A stretch of DNA of 64,000 bases from Candidatus Omnitrophota bacterium (GCA_003140935.1 PLLJ01000045.1:2767-66766), one strand, 5' to 3'; shown: positions 45,076-55,519, numbered from the stretch's first letter. The notes: a model not told the origin generated them from the letters alone. Numbers and translations: made by a program.

Positions 45076-46260
45076 CTAGTTTTTATACATGCCTTCGTAC
45101 GGAAGTCCCCAGAGTTTCATAAAACCGACCGCGGCCTTCCGGTCAAAAATATCGCCCTTCGAATACGTCGCGAGCTTTTCTTGATAGAGGGCATAGTTCG
45201 ATTCCCGGCCGACGCACACCGCGTGGCCCCGGTCCAATTTGATGCGGACCTTGCCCGTCACGCGCGCCTGGTTGGACGCGAAAAAGGCGTCCAGCGACCG
45301 CTTGAGGGGTGAGAACCAAAGCCCGAAATACACGAGCTCCGCGTATTTCTCGGAAAGGACCCTCTTATAATGAAGGAACTCCCGGTCCATGACGAAGCCT
45401 TCGAGCTCTTCGTGGGCCTTCAAGAGCACGTCCGCGGCCGGCGCTTCATAGACCTCGCGGCTCTTGATCCCGACGAGCCGGTTCTCGATCATATCGAACC
45501 GTCCGACCCCGTACCGGCCCGCGATCACGTTCAAATGCTCGATCAGGTCGACGAGCGGCATTTTCTTTCCGTTCAATTTTACCGGAACGCCTTTTTCGAA
45601 AACGATCTCGATATAACGCGGTTTCTTCGGCGTCTTGGAGGGGGCGCAGGTCATCACGTACGCGTCCTCCGGCGGCTCGACCATCGGGTCTTCTAAGATC
45701 CCCGCCTCGATCGCGATCCCCCAGATGTTCTTGTCGATGGAATAAGGGCTTTTCTTGGTCACGTCGATCGGGATCCCGCTTTTTTGGGCGTACTCGATCT
45801 CCTCTTCGCGCGTCTTGAATTCCCAGTCGCGCAAAGGCGCAATGATCTTGAGGCCCGGGTCGAGCGTCCGTACGCCCACTTCGAGCCGCACCTGATCGTT
45901 GCCTTTGCCCGTGCAGCCGTGCGCCACGCATTCCGCGCCTTCTTTCTGAGCGACGTCCACCAGATGTTTCGCGATGAGCGGACGGCCGAGGGCGGTGGCG
46001 AGCGGGTACTTGCCCTCGTAACGCGCGTGCGCCCAGAGCGCCGGCATAATGTAATCCCTGGCGAACTCCGCCTTCAAGTCCACGATCAAGGTCTTGATCG
46101 CTCCCGCGGCCTTGGCCCGGCGGACGAGCGGGGCCTTCTCTTTGACTTCGCCGATAAAGGCGCAAAAACAGATCACGTCCAATCCGTGAGTTTCCCCGAG
46201 CCATTTCACGGCGCAGGAAGTGTCCAGTCCCCCGGAATAAGCCAAGACAACTTTTTTCAT
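45076..46260 (-). CDS. argG: Argininosuccinate synthase
   Basis: AYSGGLDTS PP-loop, characteristic central and C-terminal blocks. Confidence 0.9.
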   Translation of the reverse strand: MKKVVLAYSGGLDTSCAVKWLGETHGLDVICFCAFIGEVKEKAPLVRRAKAAGAIKTLIVDLKAEFARDYIMPALWAHARYEGKYPLATALGRPLIAKHLVDVAQKEGAECVAHGCTGKGNDQVRLEVGVRTLDPGLKIIAPLRDWEFKTREEEIEYAQKSGIPIDVTKKSPYSIDKNIWGIAIEAGILEDPMVEPPEDAYVMTCAPSKTPKKPRYIEIVFEKGVPVKLNGKKMPLVDLIEHLNVIAGRYGVGRFDMIENRLVGIKSREVYEAPAADVLLKAHEELEGFVMDREFLHYKRVLSEKYAELVYFGLWFSPLKRSLDAFFASNQARVTGKVRIKLDRGHAVCVGRESNYALYQEKLATYSKGDIFDRKAAVGFMKLWGLPYEGMYKN

Positions 46261-47192
46261 TGGATCGCTCCTTGGTTAAAAAGATAAAGCAAAATGGCTT
46301 TCTGAATGTGGAGCCGGTTCTCGGCTTCGTCGAAGACGACGCAATGCTTGCTTTCCATCACGTCGTTGGTGATCTCCTCGCCCCGGTGCGCCGGCAGGCA
46401 GTGCATCACGAGCGCGTCTTTTTTCGCGTGCTTCAAGAGTTCCTTATTGATCTGCATGCCCTTGAAATCCTTGAGCTTTTTCTGGCGCAGGGCCTCTTCG
46501 CCCATGCTCACCCACACATCGGTGTAGACCGCGTCCGCGTCTTTGACGGCTTGGGCGGGGTCCGCGAACCCTTCGATCACGGCGCCCGTTTTTTTCGCGA
46601 TCTGCCTCGCGAGCGCGAGGAGCTTGGGCTTGGGCTGATATTTTTTGGGCGTCGCGTACCGGATCTTCGCGCCCAGTTTCGCGGCGACCAGCATCAGGGA
46701 ATGCAGGACGTTATTGCCGTCCCCCACGAACGCGAGCACCGGGTCTTTTTCCGCCGGGATCTTTTCATAAAGGGTCATGTAGTCCGCGAGCGCCTGGCAC
46801 GGGTGTTCGAGGTCGCTCAAGCCGTTAATGACGGGCTTCTCGAAATAATCCTGGAACTCGGTGATGGTCCAATGCGAAAAGGTCCGCATCACGACCCCCG
46901 AAAGATAACGGGAGAGCACGCGCGCCACGTCCCGCACCTCTTCCCGGATCCCGAGCTTGATGTCTTCAGGCCCGAGATAGATGACGCCGCCGCCCATGGA
47001 ATAGATGCCGGCCTGGAAAGAGACCCAGGTCCTGGTCGAGGGCTTCTCGAAAATGAAACCGAAGATGTGGCCTTCGAGCGCGTCGCGGACCTCCTGCGGC
47101 CGCGCCTTCACTTTGGCCGCGAGCTCCATGAGCTTCCGTATCTCTTCGGTGCTGAGGTCGTTGATCGAGATCAGTGATTGGAACATGCGCAA
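46257..47192 (-). CDS. argF: Ornithine carbamoyltransferase
   Basis: STRTWVSF (STRTR), HCLPAHRGEE (HCLP). Confidence 0.9.
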   Translation of the reverse strand: MRMFQSLISINDLSTEEIRKLMELAAKVKARPQEVRDALEGHIFGFIFEKPSTRTWVSFQAGIYSMGGGVIYLGPEDIKLGIREEVRDVARVLSRYLSGVVMRTFSHWTITEFQDYFEKPVINGLSDLEHPCQALADYMTLYEKIPAEKDPVLAFVGDGNNVLHSLMLVAAKLGAKIRYATPKKYQPKPKLLALARQIAKKTGAVIEGFADPAQAVKDADAVYTDVWVSMGEEALRQKKLKDFKGMQINKELLKHAKKDALVMHCLPAHRGEEITNDVMESKHCVVFDEAENRLHIQKAILLYLFNQGAIQ

Positions 47193-48394
47193 CCTTCTTT
47201 TTTTTGCGACTGAAGCTTTTGGAAAACATTTCCTAATATCTTCATGCCGAGTTTGATCTCTTTGGCCGTGATCGTCATGGGAGGCATGATCCTCAGGATG
47301 TCCGTCTGCGTCGCGTTGATGAGAAGCCCCTGTTCCCGGGCCTCGCTCGCGTAAGGCGCGGACGGTTCCCTGAGCTTCAGTCCCTGCATCAGTCCTATCC
47401 CCCGCGTGCTTTCGATCACGGGATACTTCTCCTTAAGCTTCTCGAGTTCCTGTTGCAGAAGTTTTCCCATCCGGACCGTGTTCGTGAGCAATTTTTCTTT
47501 TTTGATCGCCTTAAAGACCGCGAGACTCGCCGCGCAGACGAGCGGGTTCCCGCCGAAGGTCGATCCGTGCATCCCGGCCGTGAGCACCTCTTTTTTGATC
47601 TTCCGGTTCACGACAAAGGCCCCGATCGGCACACCGCCGCCGAGCGTTTTCGCGAGCGTCATCAGGTCCGGCTCCAGATCATAATGCTGGTACGCGAACA
47701 TCTTCCCCGTGCGCCCCACCCCGGTCTGCACTTCGTCCAGGATCAGAAGCAGGTCCTTCTCGTCGCAGAGTTTCCGGATCCCTTCCAGAAAATCCCGGCT
47801 CGCCACGCAGACCCCGCCCTCGCCCTGGATCGGCTCGAGCATGATCGCGACGGTTTTATCGGTCACCAGCTTTTTGACGGACTCCAGGTCGTTGAAATCC
47901 GCGTGATGGAATTTTTCCATCAGCGGCTGGAACCCCTGGTGGAATTTTTCCTGCCCCGTCGCGTTCATCGCCGCGAGCGTCCTCCCGTGAAAAGAATTTT
48001 TCATCGTGATGATCTCGAAGCGCCCGGTCTCGCTCCCGTACTTCTTGGCGAACTTGATGGCCCCTTCGTTGGCTTCGGCGCCGCTGTTACAAAAAAAGAT
48101 CCTCGCGGGGAACGAGGCCTCGGAGAGGGTCCGCGCGAGCTCGGCCTGCTTCACGCTCAGAAAATTGTTCGCCACGTGGAGCATCTTCCGCGCCTGTTCC
48201 TTGATGGCGTTCACCACGATGGGATGGCAATGCCCCAGCCCGGAGACCGCCCAGCCCGGAAAAAGGTCCAGATACACCTTGCCTTCCAGGTCCCACACGC
48301 GCGCGCCCTTACCTTTGACCAGGCACACCGGCACCCGGGTGTAGGTCGGCATCACGTATTGATCGTATAATTTCTGTACGTCGGCTGTCTTCAT
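47171..48394 (-). CDS. argD: Acetylornithine aminotransferase
   Basis: Class III aminotransferase; LILDEVQTGVGRTGK PLP-lysine region. Confidence 0.85.
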   Translation of the reverse strand: MKTADVQKLYDQYVMPTYTRVPVCLVKGKGARVWDLEGKVYLDLFPGWAVSGLGHCHPIVVNAIKEQARKMLHVANNFLSVKQAELARTLSEASFPARIFFCNSGAEANEGAIKFAKKYGSETGRFEIITMKNSFHGRTLAAMNATGQEKFHQGFQPLMEKFHHADFNDLESVKKLVTDKTVAIMLEPIQGEGGVCVASRDFLEGIRKLCDEKDLLLILDEVQTGVGRTGKMFAYQHYDLEPDLMTLAKTLGGGVPIGAFVVNRKIKKEVLTAGMHGSTFGGNPLVCAASLAVFKAIKKEKLLTNTVRMGKLLQQELEKLKEKYPVIESTRGIGLMQGLKLREPSAPYASEAREQGLLINATQTDILRIMPPMTITAKEIKLGMKILGNVFQKLQSQKKEGCACSNH

Positions 48395-48420
48395 TGAATG
48401 TTGTCCGCGTTCCCCGTTCT

Positions 48421-49275
48421 TTAAAGCGTGATCTCGGTCCCGATCCCCTGGTCGGTAAAAATCTCAAGCAAGAGGGCGTGCATAATACGTCCGTCGATGA
48501 TGTGGGCCTTCAGAACGCCGGCCTCCAGCGCATCGATGCAAGCCTTGACCTTGGGGATCATGCCCCCCGAGATGATCTTCTCGTCGATCAACCGCTGGGT
48601 CTCGCTCACGCGGAGCGAAGGGATCAGCGTCTCTTCGTCCGCCGGATTGCGGAGGATCCCCTGTACGTTCGTCAGTACCATGAATTTCGGAACGTGCATG
48701 GCGGCCGCGATATTGGCCGCCGCCTCGTCCGCGTTCACGTTGTACATTTCACCGTCCGGCCCTTTTCCCACGGGAAAGATCACCGGGATCCTGCCAAATT
48801 CCGTCAGTTCCTTGAGGGGCACGGTGTTGACCGAGGCCACGTCGCCGACAAAACCCACGTCGCCGTTCTCGGTGTGTTTCACCACGTTCAGGATCTCGGC
48901 GTCGTAGCCGGAGAGTCCGACCGCGGAACCCCCGAGACGTCCGAGGTCACGGACAATGCTGCGATTGAGTTCGGAAAGCGTTTCATGGACGACCTCGATC
49001 GTCGCCTTGTCCGTCACGCGCAGTCCGTTCACGAACTCGCTCTGGACGCCTTTTTTCTTCATGGCCTCGGTGATGAATTTTCCGCCGCCGTGGACCAAGA
49101 TGGGACGGATCCCCACGTAGCTCATGAACACGAGGTCCTGAAGCACCATGTCGCGGACCTCCGGATAGGTCAGGGCCGCGCCGCCGTATTTGATCAAGAC
49201 CTCTTTGCCGCGGAATTTCTGGATGTAAGGAAGCGCCTCGACCAGGGCCTGCGCTTTTTCGATGTATTCTTTCAT
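48421..49275 (-). CDS. argB: Acetylglutamate kinase
   Basis: VLIKYGGAAL, HGGG motifs of the amino-acid kinase family. Confidence 0.9.
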   Translation of the reverse strand: MKEYIEKAQALVEALPYIQKFRGKEVLIKYGGAALTYPEVRDMVLQDLVFMSYVGIRPILVHGGGKFITEAMKKKGVQSEFVNGLRVTDKATIEVVHETLSELNRSIVRDLGRLGGSAVGLSGYDAEILNVVKHTENGDVGFVGDVASVNTVPLKELTEFGRIPVIFPVGKGPDGEMYNVNADEAAANIAAAMHVPKFMVLTNVQGILRNPADEETLIPSLRVSETQRLIDEKIISGGMIPKVKACIDALEAGVLKAHIIDGRIMHALLLEIFTDQGIGTEITL

Positions 49276-49285
49276 GATCCCTTTT

Positions 49286-50506
49286 TTAGGAATAGGCGGC
49301 GTTGATCAGCACGTACTTCGTCGTGAGATCGGAAGTGATGAATTCCGCGCGTCCCCGCCCCTTGCCGATCACAACATCGATCGTGTATTCCTTTTTCTGC
49401 AGAATGCGCCGGGCCTTGGGAAGGTTCAGCACCCGCAATCTTCCCTGATTGACCACCTGGGCGTCGCCGAACCAGATGCTGAGATTGTTGGGGTTGAAAT
49501 CCACGCCGCTCGCGCCGACCGCGGCCGCGATGCGGCCCCAGTTCGGGTTGGAACCCGCGAGCATGGTCTTAAAAAGCATCGAGTTGGCGATCTGCCGCGC
49601 CGCGCGCTCGGCGTCCGTCGGTTTTTTCGCGCCCGAGACCCGGAGCCGGCAGACATGCGTCACGCCTTCGCCGTCCTTGACCATTTCATGCGCGATATAG
49701 CGCATCACTTCTTCGAGCGTCTCCCGGAACATCCAGTAATCCTTGCCGATCTTCTGGATCGTGGGATTCCCCGCTTCCCCGTTCGCGAGGCAAAGCACCA
49801 TATCGTTGGTGCTCATATCGTTGTCGATCGCCATTTGGTTGAACGTATCGTCCGCCGCGTGGCGCACGGCCCGCCGGAGAAGCGATTTCGTGATCGCCGC
49901 GTCCGTCGTGATAAAACAAAGCATGGTCGCCATGTTCGGATGCACCATCCCGGCGCCTTTCGCGCAGGCCGCGATCGTGACCTTTTGGCCGCCGAGTTCC
50001 AGCGAAAGCGCGATCTCCTTGCTGGAAAGATCGGTGGTCAGAATGCCTTTGGCCGCGCCGTGGCCGCCTGTCCCGGAAAGACGCTTCACGAGTTTGGGGA
50101 TCGCCCGTTTCACGCAGGTGATCGGAAAAGGAACGCCGATGATCCCCGTCTGCGCGAGCAGGACTTCCTGAGGCAGGACCTCCAGGCATTTCGCGACCTC
50201 CCACGTGATCTCATCGACCGCCTTCTTTCCGACCGGACCGTTCAGGCAATTCGCGTTGCCGCTCGTCCCGAGGATCGCGTGATGTTTCGAGGCGTGGATG
50301 GCCTTCATCGAATAGAGCACCGGCCAAGCCTTCGCCCGGTTCGTGGTAAAGGTCCCGGCCGCGACGCACGGCGCTTTGGAATAGGTCAGGGAAACGTCGT
50401 ACCTTTTCTTTTTCTTCTTGATCCCCGCGTGAATACCGCCCGCGACAAAACCCTTGGGCGCGGTCACGGAACCGTTCTTTTCTTTTTTCCAAAAAGGTTT
50501 TTTCAA
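49286..50506 (-). CDS. argJ: Bifunctional ornithine acetyltransferase / N-acetylglutamate synthase
   Basis: GMVHPNMATMLCFITTDA autoprocessing site (ATML). Confidence 0.9.
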   Translation of the reverse strand: MKKPFWKKEKNGSVTAPKGFVAGGIHAGIKKKKKRYDVSLTYSKAPCVAAGTFTTNRAKAWPVLYSMKAIHASKHHAILGTSGNANCLNGPVGKKAVDEITWEVAKCLEVLPQEVLLAQTGIIGVPFPITCVKRAIPKLVKRLSGTGGHGAAKGILTTDLSSKEIALSLELGGQKVTIAACAKGAGMVHPNMATMLCFITTDAAITKSLLRRAVRHAADDTFNQMAIDNDMSTNDMVLCLANGEAGNPTIQKIGKDYWMFRETLEEVMRYIAHEMVKDGEGVTHVCRLRVSGAKKPTDAERAARQIANSMLFKTMLAGSNPNWGRIAAAVGASGVDFNPNNLSIWFGDAQVVNQGRLRVLNLPKARRILQKKEYTIDVVIGKGRGRAEFITSDLTTKYVLINAAYS

Positions 50507-51525
50507 AGAAGCCCCGCTTCTTCCGGAAAACCGAACCGGAGGTTCATGTTCTGAACGGCCTGGCCCGCGGCGCCTTTGACAAGATTATCGATCGCCGTGA
50601 TGATCACCACGCGGCCCGTTTCTTCCTGGACGCCGACGCCGATATCGCAAAAATTCGTGTGCTGCACGTCCTTGAGGGACGGGTAGAGCCCCGCGGGTTT
50701 GATCCTGACGAAAGGCGCCTTTGAGTACGCCTTTTCCAGCGCCTTCCGGATCACGGTCTCGGTGCCCTTGGCCGTTGTCTGCGCGTAGCACGTCGCGAGA
50801 ATGCCGCGGCTCACCGGCAGGAGATGCGCCACGAACGTGATCGTCACGGGCTTGCCGGCCGCCGCCGAAAGCGTTTGCTCGATCTCGGGCGCGTGCTGAT
50901 GCCGGTTCACCTTGTAGGCGCTGTAATTCTCATCGGCCTCGCAGAAATGGGTCGCGGTTACAAGCTTCTTGCCGGCGCCGCTGACGCCGGAGGCGGCATT
51001 AATGATGATGGACTTGGGGTCAATCAGTTTTTTCTTAAGAAGCGGGATCAGCGCAAGCGACGGCCCCGTGGGATAACACCCGGGATTGGCGATCAGGTCC
51101 GCTTTTTTGATCTTGTCCCGGTAGACCTCGCAAAGCCCGTAAACCGCCTTGGAAAGATGCCGGGGCGCGACATGATTCACGCCGTACCATTTCTCGTAGA
51201 TCTTTTTGTCTTTCAGCCGGAAATCCGCGGAAAGATCGATCACGACCTTGCCGGCCGCGAGAAGCTGTTCGGCCGCGGTCATCGCCTCCGTGTGCGGCAG
51301 GCACAAAAAGACCACATCCGCCTTTTTTTTCACCGCATCGAACGAATAAGGCGTGATCTCAAGGGTCACGTCTTTTGCGACCGAAGGCAGGATTTCTCGA
51401 AGGGCAATGGGTTTTTCCTGCCGGGTGGTCAAGAGAGAGACCCGGACATGGGGATGGGCCAGGAGCAACTTCGTGAGTTCGGCTCCGGTATATCCCGTGG
51501 CGCCAAGAACTGCACAATTCAGCAT
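50503..51525 (-). CDS. argC: N-acetyl-gamma-glutamyl-phosphate reductase
   Basis: VLGATGYTGAEL; catalytic Cys block ANPGCYPT. Confidence 0.9.
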   Translation of the reverse strand: MLNCAVLGATGYTGAELTKLLLAHPHVRVSLLTTRQEKPIALREILPSVAKDVTLEITPYSFDAVKKKADVVFLCLPHTEAMTAAEQLLAAGKVVIDLSADFRLKDKKIYEKWYGVNHVAPRHLSKAVYGLCEVYRDKIKKADLIANPGCYPTGPSLALIPLLKKKLIDPKSIIINAASGVSGAGKKLVTATHFCEADENYSAYKVNRHQHAPEIEQTLSAAAGKPVTITFVAHLLPVSRGILATCYAQTTAKGTETVIRKALEKAYSKAPFVRIKPAGLYPSLKDVQHTNFCDIGVGVQEETGRVVIITAIDNLVKGAAGQAVQNMNLRFGFPEEAGLL

Positions 51526-51842
51526 TTTAGTATGTTTTTCTCCTTAAGGACATTCAAACTATCGAGTTCGGTATTATAGAAATGGCTCTATCCTTTGTCA
51601 ATTTAAGAAGTTACGCCATGACCCTCTTTGATCAAAAGAACGGGAGGCCATGACAGCCCAAGTCACCCTCATGAAAAAGAAATAAAGGCTTGGGCGCAAA
51701 ATGACCATTGGGACCGTCTTTTTCGATGATATGCTCTATCCCCTATTCCCAGAACCACTTACGTGATTTTCTCCATTGACAGGAACGCAGAAAACTCCTA
51801 TCCTTGTCCTCGATTTTATTTCTTAACGGGTGACAAGGATTG

Positions 51843-51890
51843 CCCCAATTTCAACTCCGTTGAAATTGATAAGAATTGGGACTATGTTAC
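51843..51890 (+). repeat. H0-type hairpin repeat (ttgccccaatttcaactccgttgaaattgat..gaattgggactatgt) immediately upstream of rnc
   Basis: About 90% identical to 59919..59962, with compensatory changes in the stem (aac/gtt versus atc/gat). Confidence 0.7.
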
Positions 51891-51894
51891 GCAC

Positions 51895-52644
51895 ATGTCG
51901 AAGCTGATATCCCCCAAAGATCCTCAGAGCAGGGCCTCTTTGCGTAAGATCCTCGGATTCCCGGTGAGGTCCCTCACTCTCTACCGCGCCGCGCTCACGC
52001 ATCCCTCTTTCCGCAATGAGAACGCGCGCATCACCCAAGACCTCGAGGATTTTGACCGGCTGGAATTCCTCGGAGATTCCATTTTAAATGAGGTCATTTG
52101 TCAGAAATTGTTCGAGAAATTCCCCGAGGCCGACGAAGGCATGCTCTCCAAGCTCCGCTCGATCCTCGTCTCTCAGAAGATCTTGAGCCGTATCGCGCAA
52201 GCCCTGGAGCTTCAACACGTCCTCCGGATCAGCAGAAACCTGCGCCAGAATTTCAAGGACTTTCTTAAAGCCAAACTGCTTACCGACGCGCTCGAGGCGC
52301 TTTTCGCGGCGATCTATTTCGATCGCGGCCACGACAAGATCGAGGCGTTCATTCTGAAACATTTCGAAAAATACTTTGATCCCAAACTCCTCTTCCGGCT
52401 CGACCCGAACCCCAAGAGCACGCTTCAGGAAATGACGCTCAAGAAATGGCAGAAGCTCCCGGAATACACGCACGCCTTTTCCGACAAGGGCGTCAAGACC
52501 ACGGTTTCGGCCGGGGGGAGACGCAAGGCTTCGGCCCTTCACAAGATCAAGCGGGAGTCCGAGGTCTTGGCCGCCAGGGCTTTGATCCGGCGGTTACGGA
52601 AAGAGTTTAAAAAAGTGAAGTCGCGCGGCCGGCGACGCGCCTAG
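51895..52644 (+). CDS. rnc: Ribonuclease III
   Basis: ORF track from 51763. Likely start MSKLISPK at 51895. DRLEFLGDSIL signature; degenerate C-terminal dsRBD. Confidence 0.85.
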   Translation: MSKLISPKDPQSRASLRKILGFPVRSLTLYRAALTHPSFRNENARITQDLEDFDRLEFLGDSILNEVICQKLFEKFPEADEGMLSKLRSILVSQKILSRIAQALELQHVLRISRNLRQNFKDFLKAKLLTDALEALFAAIYFDRGHDKIEAFILKHFEKYFDPKLLFRLDPNPKSTLQEMTLKKWQKLPEYTHAFSDKGVKTTVSAGGRRKASALHKIKRESEVLAARALIRRLRKEFKKVKSRGRRRA

Positions 52645-52721
52645 TGCCGCATCACGTTTGAAATTAGGGGTATGCGGTACAGCACTTGATTTTCATCCAA
52701 AAAATGATAGGAAATCAGTGC

Positions 52722-52830
52722 AGTCCAAGTCACCATCCATGTGAAGAAATAAAGACTTGGGCAGTACTGTTAACCCCTATCCGCCGAAGGACGGATCCGT
52801 CCGAAGAATTGTGGCGGAAAATCAAATGGA
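52722..52830. repeat. H1 hairpin + R2 palindromic element composite (inverse of 37268..37412)
   Basis: gtccaagtcacc...gacttgggc, then cccctatccgccgaaggacggatccgtccgaagaattgtggcgg. Confidence 0.7.
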
Positions 52831-52853
52831 GAACAGTGCTAGCCAAGAAAAAA

Positions 52854-55337
52854 TTATTCCGTTACGATCTCGCAGAGAAAATCCTTCGCTTTGCCCTTGA
52901 GGATCTTGGCCTTCAGCTCCGCGACCGGGGCCGGAACGGGTTTCACTTCGGGGGCAAGCAAGGTCCCGGAAAACAGCATCGGGATAGGACCCCAATGGGC
53001 TTTTGGATTTTTTTTGCGGGAAGAAGCCATGTTCGGCAATAACTTCGCCGCAAGATCGATGGACAAGAACACGTCCGTCCGGAAATTCGCGAGCCCGTCA
53101 AACCCGAGCGTCCCTTCGCCGTCCAACACGTAATCTTTGCTCTCGACCAGGAAGTTGTCGGTCGTCACTTTGCCCTCCGCAAGCTTCCATTTAAAATTCA
53201 TCGAGTCAAAATCCTTCAGACCGGACCGGATCTTTCCAAGTCCCTGGAACGGTTCGATCATTGAAAGGGCGTCTTCGAGATCAAACGTCAGGAACTTGCC
53301 GCTCTTCAGGGTCCATTCGCCTTGCCCCGCCAAAGACTTGCTCCAGACTTCCGGTCCCCACCCGGTACCCGTCACCGAGCCTTTAAGATCCAGCGCTCCC
53401 TCAAGGACCTTCCCGCCCACGTCCTGACGGCCCAGAAAAAGCCCGAGGTCCACACCGTGGAATCCGCCTTCAAGATTGTACGCGGGCTCTTTGCCGCTGA
53501 AATTCAACGCGCCTTTGAGCTCGGCCTTCCCGCCGTAACCCTCGAATTGAAGGGACGGGACATTCCATACGTTTTTCTCGTAGAGGACATCCGCTGAGAC
53601 ATTCTTGAGGATCTGATCTTTCGGACAGATCGTCTGGACGAATTCTTTCGCGCGACCGAGGGCGGTCATCCCGGCGCCCTCCTCCTTATGCGGTAAAAAA
53701 GCCGTGACCGCTTGCCAAACCTCCAGCGGCTTCAATGCTCCCGCAGACACCTTCAGGATGACTTGCGGTCTTTCCGGAATTCCTTCGATCCTCAGGTCCG
53801 CCACGATGGGCGAGCCGCCGATCTCGAATTGCATCTGCCGGCCTTCCAGCATGAGCGGACTGTAATCCAGGGAAAGCGACGCGTTGCGGAACCCCGGACC
53901 TTCAGGGACTGTCCAGGACACTTTATCGAATGTGAGGTTAAAAATGTGCTCGGTCTTCTCCAGTTTGCGGAGATCCCCTCTCCAATTCGACATCAGCTTG
54001 ACATCGCCTCCCAGCTTGTAACTTTGAAGCGCGGGAATATATTGTTCCCAACCGTTCACGGAGAACTTGTTGGTGATCAAATTGAGCTGTCCCTCCCCGG
54101 TTTTCAGGTCCAGGTCCTTCAAATTCCCTTTCATGCTCAATTCTTTGAATTTCACGGCAAAATCACCGCCCAGTTTCGCTCCTTTCTGAAGGAGAAGATC
54201 GAAGCTCAGATCCAGCGGAATGTCTTTGGGCTTTGTGAAATATTGACCGTAAGAGAGAAGCGCACGCGCAAGATCCCAGGCGAAATGAAGCGACAGATGG
54301 TCCAGCGTTCCTTCCATGGAAAGAGCCCACTTCCCGGGGCCTGAAAATCCGATATCAAAAGGAAGCGCTTTTCCGAGAGCCGGCCAATATTTCAAAATAT
54401 CTTCAAGCGCCATGTCCGAACCCGCAACATGCACGCCACTGATCTCTCCCGTATTCAGTTTCATGCTTCCGTTCGTTTCGATCTCGCCGAAGGGGAGTTT
54501 GACGAGTCCCTTGTGAAGCTTCAATTCCGTTGTGTCGTTGTTCCAAGCGGCCGTGATTCTCCACTCGGCGTCAAGCGCGGGCAACGCAACCCAAGCGTCC
54601 CCTTGTGACACTTCATAAGAAAGTCCCTTTCCGGCTCCTACCACGTTCAATTCAAGAAAAACCTCTTGCGCTTTTTTCTGGATCTCCACGGAGGTATCGA
54701 TCTGGCCCCCCTTCATAAGGAAGGGCTTTTTCGGACCGGACGCGAGCCCCCCTGCCGTGTCCCCCAGCGAAAGCTGTTTGAGTTCCACCGCCACATACCC
54801 GCTCGCCTTCTCCCAGTTCCACTTTTCGACGGAATCCAGCACGACATGGCCTTTCATCACAAGTGCGTTCGGTTTCCCGGCCAGATCTGTGGTGAAATAG
54901 AACGGAATGGGGATCTTGGGACGGACGGCACCGACCCGAAGCGAGAAATTCTTGAAACGTACCGGATTTAAAAAATCCAGACCGGGAAGGGAAATCTCGG
55001 CTTTACCGGATTGCACATAAAAAGCTGCGGGTTCCACCCGCCCGAGAAGAAGGGGAAGGATATTAAAATCAAATTGGATCTTTTCCGCTTCCACGACGAG
55101 CGGATGATCGGCAAAGGTTAATTGCACATGCTCGAAAACGAGCTTGGGCTGGGGGAAGTAACCCACCTGGGCTTTCTGATATTTCAATGTCCCCGCGGTG
55201 ATCGCTTGGATCTTTTGGATCAGAAGTTCATGGAGTTTTTCGGAGGGAAGGAAACGATGGGCTTGGAACCAAAGGCCCGAAACAAAAATAACGAGGAGAA
55301 GAACGAACGATAGCAGCAATGCCTGGCTTTTTTTCAT
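52854..55337 (-). CDS. AsmA-family outer-membrane assembly protein
   Basis: N-terminal signal-anchor MKKSQALLLSFVLLLVIFVSG; 827 aa; AsmA/TamB-like repetitive beta-rich architecture. Confidence 0.7.
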   Translation of the reverse strand: MKKSQALLLSFVLLLVIFVSGLWFQAHRFLPSEKLHELLIQKIQAITAGTLKYQKAQVGYFPQPKLVFEHVQLTFADHPLVVEAEKIQFDFNILPLLLGRVEPAAFYVQSGKAEISLPGLDFLNPVRFKNFSLRVGAVRPKIPIPFYFTTDLAGKPNALVMKGHVVLDSVEKWNWEKASGYVAVELKQLSLGDTAGGLASGPKKPFLMKGGQIDTSVEIQKKAQEVFLELNVVGAGKGLSYEVSQGDAWVALPALDAEWRITAAWNNDTTELKLHKGLVKLPFGEIETNGSMKLNTGEISGVHVAGSDMALEDILKYWPALGKALPFDIGFSGPGKWALSMEGTLDHLSLHFAWDLARALLSYGQYFTKPKDIPLDLSFDLLLQKGAKLGGDFAVKFKELSMKGNLKDLDLKTGEGQLNLITNKFSVNGWEQYIPALQSYKLGGDVKLMSNWRGDLRKLEKTEHIFNLTFDKVSWTVPEGPGFRNASLSLDYSPLMLEGRQMQFEIGGSPIVADLRIEGIPERPQVILKVSAGALKPLEVWQAVTAFLPHKEEGAGMTALGRAKEFVQTICPKDQILKNVSADVLYEKNVWNVPSLQFEGYGGKAELKGALNFSGKEPAYNLEGGFHGVDLGLFLGRQDVGGKVLEGALDLKGSVTGTGWGPEVWSKSLAGQGEWTLKSGKFLTFDLEDALSMIEPFQGLGKIRSGLKDFDSMNFKWKLAEGKVTTDNFLVESKDYVLDGEGTLGFDGLANFRTDVFLSIDLAAKLLPNMASSRKKNPKAHWGPIPMLFSGTLLAPEVKPVPAPVAELKAKILKGKAKDFLCEIVTE

Positions 55338-55519
55338 GGCTCCCGATCTCTTGCTGGCACTGCGTCACGATGTGTTTTAAGGGCCCGCAGTACCGTACCG
55401 TGCACCCGCAGAAACTGAAATGACACGGTGCTGGAACCGCGCCTCCCGGGAAGACCCGGATCAAACCCTGAAGAAGACCCCTGCACGGCTCGCGCCGGAG
55501 AAACTCGGGAAAACCGCGA

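Noticed and set aside
45446-46204. 252-aa Arg/Gly-rich minus-strand ORF inside argG, and 8001..8903 + inside the OMP gene
   Set aside because: These are alternative frames of high-GC genes. The real frames carry unambiguous ArgG and OMP sequence.
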